A stretch of 47,620 nucleotides of DNA from Octopus sinensis (lineage: Eukaryota): assembly GCF_006345805.1 (NCBI RefSeq), contig NW_021834536.1, positions 1 to 47,620 of the forward strand. The letters run 5' to 3'. Within the stretch, counting starts at the first letter, position 1. Every line of letters starts with the position of its first letter. Shown piece after piece: positions 38,385-47,620 of this stretch. The position numbers and the translations under genes are program-made. The notes beneath the pieces are model-generated. The model ran no database searches and was not told where the DNA came from. It was given only the letters and a program-made list of their open reading frames with translations.

Positions 38385-39589
38385 GTGCTATCTATATTAT
38401 ATATATGTATACTATCTATATTTATATTTATATATATATAATGGATGTGTGTGTGTGTGTGCGTACTTCCCGCATTACCTGAAACCAAGAAGGCAAAGTA
38501 ATGTTTTATAATTTTAATTCGAGTTAATACCGCAATCCTCTTCTATATCTATAAAAGAGACAAGATGGTCACGGCTGTAATGTCGTTGATAAGAGATTTA
38601 CACAATTAGAGTTTATCGGGAGATTTCAATAGCAACGACAACAGAATTATAAAGTCTATTATTCCTAATCAATTCCTATCACAGCTGCTGTAGAATAATG
38701 TTTTTTAGACACAGCTTCCCATCAAAACAGTTATTGGCTCCATAAACATACAATGTGAGAGAGTTGAGGGAAGAATATGTCCAAGTCAGAACCGAATAAC
38801 TACCATTATAATTATTAATATATTTCAAGCGTCCTTCAAAGACAGACAAGAATTCCTCAACACTAATTAGTTCATATAAACTATACATGTCACCGCCGAT
38901 CATGGCGTATTTGTGCAGATCAGAGCTAATCCGGATCTTCAATTTTCGCTCACGCATTTAGGCCGAGATATTTGATTGATAAAGAAATCTATAAAGCGCT
39001 GATTTCCTTCGTTTTGGGTTTAAAAGTCTGTACATGCAACTTTATTTGGTGGAGGACGAAAGGCACAGAAGAGGGCTGCAGACTGCAGTAACAAGGACAA
39101 ACTAAAAACCTGTTCTTTTTAGGGTGTCATCGTTGCACCTCCGGAAATAGACTTTGAGGTCATTTGGTACTCACTCCAAGGAGTTCTCGACTAGTAAAAC
39201 ATCCACAAAGTGAGCAAGAAGCCAGTGAGCAAAAACTAAAAACCAAAAAGCCTTTTGCTCACGCACCGCTTATTCGACCAGCCATTCCTTTCGTCTTGTG
39301 GTAAACCTGAAGAATCCAAATGGAGGGTGCCTTCCCAGCACCCACAAAAATCATATTGTAGGAACAAATAAATGATCACCTCTCTCTTTAGGAAACCGAT
39401 AGCAAGTTCCAACTCTTCCATGAAAGCCATATGATAAACAGAGACAGGGTGGTCTCTATGAATGACATGCGAAAACAAAACGTAATTGAGATGTCCGTTT
39501 GTAAATAGATGACGGCTGAATATACAAGAATCTCAAAAGTCTATTGGATGACGTGCCTAAAATATGAAAGACTTATATCCCCTTACAAA

Positions 39590-40030
39590 TCGGTCTTGTT
39601 TGATAACAGGTTCTGAATCCTAGATCAAACGAAGCGAATTCTTCTTTGGACTGCCGGAATAGATCCTTTTTCCATCCCTAGTTACAATTCAACCCCCAAA
39701 ATAGGCATCTCGATGATCCGACTGCAAATGTTCACACGTCGTTGAGCCTGGTCATTGGTCAGTTCATGGGGAACCTCTCGACAGCATTTGTTCACAAGGC
39801 CGAGTTTATGGCGGCGTCGATCGATGGTGCTTCGTGAAGGGTCAAGTCCTGCCGATATTGTACGAGTGCTTGTTCAACCATTTTAAGCAAGGCCTCACCT
39901 TCCACAACAGAAGTTCCTCTGACCTTTGAGGCTGGTGTCACCTTTCTTGAATCGTCTGCCACACGTCTGTTTACAGTTCCTAGGCCTTCCACATCATTCT
40001 TGTTACCACTTCCCTCGCACTCAGGTAGCG
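39590..40030 (-). mobile_element. Degenerate mariner transposase fragment, EVPHEL variant
   Basis: Minus strand GDTSLKGQ...STRTISAGLDPSRSTIDRRRHKLGLVNKCCREVPHELTNDQAQRRVNIC (EVPHEL at 39760-39777) and IVTRDG (39671-39688, equivalent to IVTGDE). Confidence 0.8.
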
Positions 40031-40769
40031 AAAAATGACCGTAATTTTAGATATAAAAAAAATTTATATCTAACTTTTAAGCAAACAACTCATAATTTTG
40101 CAAATGTAATTCCTGTAATAAAATTGTGTAGCACATATTGACTAATATCTTTGGTTCTCCCTTCGACTTATTCTCAAATTCCATGCGATCGCGATTCACC
40201 AACATCCTTTTTCACTACTCAATTGTAAGGAATGGCAATAGAAACTAAATTATGTTTATAATTATAATGATTGATATCAAAATCTCCAGCAGCGTTATTA
40301 TGATCATATTCTTCGTCTTCTTCTTCTTATTCTTCTTATTATTATTATTATTATTATTATTGTTGTTGTTGTTGTTATCATTATCCTTAGTAGTAGCAGT
40401 AGTAGTAATACACTACATTTTTTGCAATCATCTTCAAATTTTCTTTTTTTCTTAAATGATTGAAAGAGAAGATTTCATAAACGAAAATACCCTCGCCACC
40501 ACCACCAGCACAACCCAAAGAAGAACAAAACGAAGCAAAAAGAAAAAGAATAAGAAAATGGAAATAATGTTAAACTGAAAACGTTTCCGATGTCTTTCGA
40601 ATAAGTCTGTAAAATTAGTTGAATTTTGAAAAAATAAATGGAAGCAGTACCACTTTTGGTAGATTAGAATTGAAAAAAATCATGTTAAATACACCTTTAT
40701 ATATGTGTCTGTATAATTATATACGTGTGCTTACATATGTATTTGGAAATATAAATATATTTACGCACA

Positions 40770-40968
40770 TATGTGAGTGTGTATATATACTTCTATGTTT
40801 GTATGTATGTAAACACACACATATATATATATATATGTGTGTGTGAATATATAAACATATGTATACGTAACATATATACATGTGTATATGCGTATGTTTG
40901 TGCATGTATGTCCGTGTGTGTACATATATGTATATGTATATATGTGTGTGTATATATATAAATATATA

Positions 40969-41011
<43 letters not shown>

Positions 41012-41618
41012 GTGTATATATATATATGTATATGTATGTATATATATATATGTGTGGTGTATATATATATATGTATATATATGTATATATATATATATGT
41101 GTGTGTGTGTATATATATATGTATATATATATATATATTATATATATTGTGTGTGTGTATATATATATATGTATATATGTATATATATGTGTGTGTATAT
41201 ATATATATATATGTATATATATGTGTTGTATATATATATTATGTATATATATATGTATGTATATATATGTGTGTGTGTATATATATATATATGTATATAT
41301 ATATATGTGTGTGTGTATATATATATATATGTATATAGATGTGTATATATATGTGTGTGTGTATATATATATTATAGATATGTATATATATTATGTGTGT
41401 GTGTATATATATATATATATGTATGATATATATATGTGTGTGTGTATATATCTATATGTATATATATGTATATATATGTATATATATGTGTGTGTGTATA
41501 TATGTATATATATATATGTGTGTGTATATATATGTATATATATGTATATATATGTGTGTGTATATATATGTATATATATATATGTATATGTATATATATG
41601 TATATATATATATGTGTG
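40770..41618. repeat. (TA)n/(TG)n compound microsatellite field
   Basis: Directly visible. Confidence 0.96.
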
Positions 41619-41953
41619 AAGGCGCATGGCTCAGTGGTTAGAGCGTCGAGCTTGCGATCGTGAGGTTGTGAGCTCGAATCTCGGACCGGGCTGCGTGTTG
41701 TGTTCTCGAGCAAGGCACTTTATTTCACGTTGCTCCAGTTCACTCAGCTGTAGAAATGAGTTGCAACGTCACTGGTGCCAAGCTGTATCGACCTTTGTCT
41801 TTCCCTTGGATAACACTGGTGGCGTGGAGAGGGGAGGCTGGTATGCATGGGCGACTGCTGGCCTTCCATAAACAACCTTGCCCAACTTGTATCTAGGAAG
41901 GTAACTTTCTAGGTGCGCATCCCATGGTCATTCATGACCGAAGGGGGTCTTTA
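41619..41953 (+). mobile_element. tRNA-derived SINE family 3 (CORE/V-like domain), apparently full length
   Basis: A box TGGCTCAGTGG (41627-41637), B-box-like gagctcgaatctc (from 41670), gtgttctcgagcaaggcactttatttcac central domain, unique tail ending gaagggggtcttta. Confidence 0.88.
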
Positions 41954-42056
41954 TATATATATATATATGTATATATATTTATGTATATATATTATGTATA
42001 TATATATTATATGTATATTATATATATATGTATATATATATATGATATATATATAG

Positions 42057-42092
<36 letters not shown>

Positions 42093-42490
42093 TTGTATAT
42101 ATATATATGTATATATATATATATGTATATATATATAGTATATATATGATAGATATATGTATATATATAGATATATATAGTATATATGTCCCTTATACCT
42201 ATGTGAGTTATTTTTCTGAGTATGCATTGTCTGGAGACTTTTATTTGCAGTTGAAGAAATAGCCAAATTTTGGCTGCTATTTCTGAAAATTTCGGTGTGT
42301 GGTAAAGTGAATTCTTTTACTTTACCATATTTTTATAAATTAATACTTCAAATATACCGTAAATGGTCTTTACATACCGAATACTGCTTGGTCGAATTTA
42401 TTAACAATTAATTAATTCGACCCCCTTTTTTGATATATATATATGTATATATATATGTATATATATATATATATATAATATATATATAGG

Positions 42491-42522
<32 letters not shown>

Positions 42523-42718
42523 TATATGTATATGTATATATATAATATATATGTGTATATATATATATATATATAATATATTTATGTATATATATATATG
42601 TATATGTGTGTATATATATATATATATGTATATGTGTATATATATGTGTATATATATATATGTATACACACACACATATATATATTAATGTATATATATA
42701 TATATATGTGTGTGTGTA

Positions 42719-42755
<37 letters not shown>

Positions 42756-42800
42756 GTTTGTGTGCCTCCCTGTGTGATGAGTGTGTGTGTGTGTACGTAT
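41954..42800. repeat. Two (TA)n-rich arrays (41954-42190 and 42432-42800)
   Basis: Directly visible. Confidence 0.95.
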
Positions 42801-43279
42801 GTGTGTGTCTGTGTGAATAGATTCTCAGTTAATATTTGAACTTGTACTGCGGTGAATTATACGAAGAGAGAGAGAGAGAGAGAGAATATTAGAACGACAT
42901 TCCGTTATTCTTTTTATTTTATATCTTCGTGTCTTTTGTTTCAATTTCTTCAGGTAATATTAAAATTAAACACAGATTTTCAATAACTCACATTTAAGTA
43001 CACCTTCTTGTTGCCATTTTGTTTTTGTTTTACATTTTTCGTATTCAGAGATTTCTATATAATTTTTGTCAGAAAAGAAAAAATAGAAAGAATAGCGCAT
43101 AGAATTCCAACTTAAAGTCTTTTAAATGAAGATATCCTAAATGCAGCCTCACTATATATAATCATCTTTCAGCTCAATTATCAAAGAAGGTCCTGTAGGC
43201 GATCGAATATAGTTAGAGATGAAATCAACAGACATAGGTTTAGATTTTAGCGCTCCCTATATATCTGCTTCGTTTCTCA

Positions 43280-43329
<50 letters not shown>

Positions 43330-43393
43330 GATATATATATGTATATTATATATATACACATACATTATATATATATATATATGATATATACAC

Positions 43394-43432
<39 letters not shown>

Positions 43433-43556
43433 GCATACACACACATACATTATATATATATATATATATATAGACATGTCTTTTGGTTCGTAGTAAGGTT
43501 ACACATAATTCACAATAAATCACAGACACACACATATATAAACACATACACACACA

Positions 43557-43584
43557 CTAGCAGAGATACCTGGCGTTGCTCGGG
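43557..43584 (-). mobile_element. Helitron-like 3' terminus
   Basis: Minus strand cccgagcaacgccagg imperfect hairpin, 8 nt spacer, CTAG followed by T. Confidence 0.55.
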
Positions 43585-43609
43585 GTTTGAATGGTATAGT
43601 TTTTTTTTT

Positions 43610-43739
43610 GTTCCTCTTGTTTTGGTCATGTGACTGCAAACATGCTGGAGCACCGCCTTTAGTCGAAGAAATCGACCCCAAGATTTATTCTTGTAAGCCT
43701 AGTACTTATTCTATCGGTGTGTTTTGCTAAACGGTTAAC
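43610..43739 (-). mobile_element. SINE family 2, 3' portion
   Basis: gtcatgtgactgcaaacatgctggagcaccgcctttagtcg...gtaagcctagtacttattctatcgg aligns to 23160-23270. Confidence 0.85.
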
Positions 43740-44083
43740 ATATATATATACATATATATATAATATATTATATATATACATATATACATACATCTATATT
43801 ATACATATAATATATACATATATATATATACATATATTATATATACATATATATATACACATATATATATATACATATATATATACACATATATATATAT
43901 ACATATATATATACACATATATATATATACATACTATATATACACATATATATTATATACATATATATACACATATATATATACACATATATATATATAT
44001 ATACATATATATATACACATATATATATACACATATATATATATAATATATACATATAATATATACATATATATATATATATA
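43740..44083. repeat. (TA)n/(CA)n array
   Basis: Directly visible. Confidence 0.95.
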
Positions 44084-44749
44084 AAAAAGACCACAGAATG
44101 AACACAATCCTCCAACACACACGATCATAAAAAGCAAAAGACAGCCTAGATCCATGAAAAGTCTCCTTACACAAGCCCGAATTCACTCTTCAACACAGAA
44201 GCCGACAGTAAAAAAATGGGAAGACCCAATTGCGGGATATGCGACTATCTAATCGAGGGTTCTGAGTTCTCCTTCAAACGGACACAACGGTTTACAGTGA
44301 AAAGCAACTTCACATGTGCTTCGGAGAACCTAATATACTCACTAACCTGCTCCTGGTGTCAAGAGCAGTACATAGGCCCAACAAAAAATGGTTTGCGTAA
44401 ACGAATGGCCCTGCACAGATCCCAGATAAAAATTCCCCAAAACAGAAAAATAGCTTTTAGCCAACACATAGATACTTGCGCCAACAAAAAAACACCAAAC
44501 TTCAGAATTTTCCCCCTCTACCAATTTAGGGACGATACAACCTCGAGACAAAGAATAAGTAAGAAAATCTCTTTATTACAAAAACAAGCCACTTCTTAAC
44601 GGGTCTACGACAAACAATTAATATACCTCAACTTTAGAATAAAAAAAAAAATTATATACACACACAAATACTACACTCCATAGAATCATTACTAATCAGC
44701 CCCTTCATAGCTATATTTACACCCATTCATATTCTCCCTTCTCTGTTTT

Positions 44750-44945
44750 TTTTCTTCTTCTTCTTCTTCATCATCATCGTTATCATCATCATCGGCGTCA
44801 TCATCATCGCCACCATCATCACCACCATCTTCTCCTTCTCCTCCTTCTTCTTCTTCATCATCATCGTTATCATCATCATCGTCGTCATAATCATCACCAC
44901 CATCACCATCATCTTCTCCTTCTCCTTCTTCTTCTTCTTCTTCTC
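44750..44945 (+). repeat. (TTC/TCA/CCA)n compound tract with an 87-bp tandem duplication
   Basis: ttcttcttcatcatcatcgttatcatcatcatcg starts at 44761 and 44848. Confidence 0.85.
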
Positions 44946-45293
44946 CCCCTACCCCTTAAGCCCCTTAAGTTGTCACTAATGTTTTTTAGTATAACACCTA
45001 CGCTAATTCTATAAACAAGCCTGTCAATATAAATATTCTCCTGAATTGAACTGAGACTGCCAGCCGCCACTGACCATTCAAAATACGACCATCAGGGCAC
45101 TCCCAGATTCTCCCAACCCCCTTTCCTCACCAGCCTTCCTCTACTACCCTACCAAGAACTCACAACTACCCTCGAACACACAGTGCAAACAAGGAGTCAG
45201 AGAAAGGCAAATGCCACTTAAATCTGAACACTACTATAGAAATATTCTTTTAAGAAAACTTTTCTTCTAATTTTTCTAAATTAATTATTTAAT

Positions 45294-45339
45294 CGTTACA
45301 GTTGAAAAGGTCTCAAATGACCGAAACCGGTACTGAATG
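45294..45339 (+). ncRNA. Candidate minimal type I hammerhead ribozyme (U3-A8 variant)
   Basis: cgttacag|TTGAAAA|GGTC-tcaaat-GACC|GAAA|CCG|GTA|ctgaatg; stems I, II and palindromic III all formable. Confidence 0.65.
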
Positions 45340-45387
45340 TTCACTATAAAATTATTTTAGCATTTTCTATTTTTTACTTGTTTTTTC

Positions 45388-45455
45388 ATATATGTATATA
45401 TATATACACATATATATACACATATATACATACATATATATACATATATACATAC

Positions 45456-45488
<33 letters not shown>

Positions 45489-45613
45489 CATATATAATAC
45501 ATCATATATATATACAATAAATATAAATATACATATATATATAGATATAAATATATATCATATATATATATATATATTACATATATATATATATATATCT
45601 ATACAGATATACC

Positions 45614-45673
<60 letters not shown>

Positions 45674-45690
45674 ATGTGTGTTGTTGTGTG
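45388..45690. repeat. (TA)n/(CA)n/(TG)n array
   Basis: Directly visible. Confidence 0.95.
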
Positions 45691-46620
45691 TGTATTTCTC
45701 TCCAGTAAAAAAGCCCGATAAGGGTAAACTATACATATAAAAACAGTAAGTGGTACAACAAATACATATATTTATATATATTTGTACCGATTGCTATTTT
45801 CTAGTAAATATCGGTACCTTGTTGTACCACTTATCTGTTTATATATATATCTATATATATATATATATATATATACCTCGTTTTGGGATTTGGTTTCAAA
45901 GATTCTTTATGCGACTTCGTGTGTCGAAGCATGTTTAGTTGTGTCTGGGAGATTCATTCTCTTTTAGCGCCGTATTTAACACACTCACCGGTAACGTTTC
46001 TACTCATTAATTATTTCTACTCAAACTTTCGTTGCTTCTTGCAACATTTTCAAGAGTCGCTGACTCTGTCCGTTATTCAAGCTGCGTTTTTTTGTTTGTT
46101 TTTGCACATGCGTGTATGTGTGTGTGTGTGTGCTTGTGTGTGTATGTATTTATACGTATATGTATATGCACATGTAAACAGATGGATACGAATGTGTAGA
46201 TAGATGTAGGGACGGATCGGTATATATGTTATATAAACAAACAAGCGCACAAACACACATACATACGCAAACAAAGACTGAAGCACGTGACCATACGCAA
46301 ACACACTTCACAAAAAGGACACATATGGAGACACACATCTATACATACAGACAGAACATAGTCACAAAACCCATACACAGACACACTCAGGCATGCACAC
46401 ACACACACACAGACATATACATATAAGAACACACAAACACGAACACAGAAAGACATGAATAAGCAGTATACATACATACAAACATATAGGCATACATACA
46501 TACGCACGCACACATATACATACATGATGTATATATGTATATGTACTATATAAATATGTATATACATATATATATATAAATATCCATATATTTTTTTCAC
46601 ACACATATACATATATATAC

Positions 46621-46650
<30 letters not shown>

Positions 46651-46651
<1 letters not shown>

Positions 46652-46851
46652 AATTTAATCCAAACATGAAACACAAATAGAAACACAACAACGCGAGGAC
46701 GTGGAACAAATAGTATTATTGGACGCTCAGGAAGGAAGGGAAGGAGAAGGGTTTAACGTTTCCAGCGGAGCTCTTCGTCGGAAACATAGGAGAAGGAAAG
46801 ATCCAGAGAAAGGAGACGGAAGAAAAAAATCGCCACGGTACACACGCGGTA
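46651..46851 (-). mobile_element. About 200-bp element carrying a near-intact minimal hammerhead motif (46751-46785), flanked by (TA)n
   Basis: Minus strand gttt|CCGACGA|a|GAGC-tcc-GCTG|GAAA|CG|TT|aaac; sharp transition to TA arrays on both sides. Confidence 0.6.
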
Positions 46852-46856
46852 ATATA

Positions 46857-46890
<34 letters not shown>

Positions 46891-47077
46891 CTATATATAT
46901 ATGCACAGATATACTCATATACTTACACTTTATATATAAGTAAATGTACATATATCAATCTATATACATACACATTTGTGTACACATATATATACGCATA
47001 TATACATGCTATATATATATATATTATATATATATATATATAATATATATTAGAGAGAGAGAGAGAGAGGAGAATAA

Positions 47078-47174
<97 letters not shown>

Positions 47175-47175
47175 C
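46852..47175. repeat. (TA)n, (AG)n and (AGAT)n arrays
   Basis: Directly visible; (AGAT)n at about 47078-47173. Confidence 0.93.
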
Positions 47176-47403
47176 ACGGGCTTTTCTGGTTAGCAAAGGT
47201 TAATTGTTTTCCTGATTCTACATATATGAACGTATATACTTTCACATAAGTGTGTAAAATACTCAGTAAGCGTGTATATACCGCCGCCATTTTCGTAAAA
47301 TGGAGAAACGTGCTTTGCCACTGGGCAGACGACTATATATGCAGACACACAAACGCAGACACACACATATATATATATATATACATACATACATACATAA
47401 AAA

Positions 47404-47620
47404 CAAAGGTGGGCACCGTTAATCGAAAAGTTGACTTCGTTAACCCTTAATCCGTTAATCTAAAAGTTAACTTCGATAACCGTTAATCAGTTAATTTTTT
47501 AATAATTAAACGGAAGTTATTGATAAACTGTTAACGTTAATTTTTATTATACTAAAAAGAAAAAAGTTTGGTTTTTTTGCTCTAAAAACACATTTAAAAG
47601 TGCAAAAACTGTGAAATTCC
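47404..47620 (+). mobile_element. Probable left end of a hAT-like DNA transposon, truncated by the window edge
   Basis: caaaggtgggcacc terminus followed by subterminal 30-bp repeats 47416-47445 and 47452-47481 (27/30) built on ccgttaatc/gttaac. Confidence 0.5.

Larger units (their letters stand above)
44084..45345 (+). mobile_element. 5'-truncated Penelope-like element: GIY-YIG endonuclease region plus 3' region ending in a hammerhead motif
   Basis: [20 protein letters not shown], one-base frameshift near 44217, then GRPNCGICDYL...NFTCASENLIYSLTCSWCQEQYIGPTKNGLRKRMALHRSQI (LIY...YIG). Continuity of the 3' region is inferred. Confidence 0.85.

Noticed and set aside
38679-38957. 92-aa minus-strand ORF
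   Set aside because: No recognisable motif or splice context; length compatible with chance.
41619-41690. Possible tRNA gene (A and B boxes)
   Set aside because: Continues into a SINE body, no convincing cloverleaf or poly-T terminator; same for the other SINE heads.

Overview
Eukaryotic, AT-rich, repeat-dense DNA with no prokaryotic features. The SINE families and very high microsatellite load resemble a coleoid cephalopod (Octopus-like) genome; this is recognition from memory, not a database result. The only host coding sequence I can support is one 375-nt internal exon (14283-14657, +) of a class A GPCR of the cholecystokinin/gastrin/sulfakinin receptor family (TM3 to start of ICL3), with canonical splice sites. 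I found no TM1-2 or TM6-7 exons, so the rest of the window is most simply read as intron. It holds many tRNA-derived SINEs, three different Tc1/mariner remnants, several MITE-like palindromes, fragments of Penelope-like, R4/Dong-like and Tx1/L1-like retroelements, two minisatellites and large (TA/TG/CA)n and (AGAT)n arrays. Almost all ORFs in the supplied track are microsatellite artefacts. The most interesting unannotated signals are hammerhead-ribozyme-like motifs: a complete minimal type I motif with a compensatory U3-A8 core pair at 45294-45339, a ~200-bp element with a near-intact motif at 46651-46851, and an inverted pair of degenerate motifs at 16612-16718. I see no evidence for a new multi-gene system.
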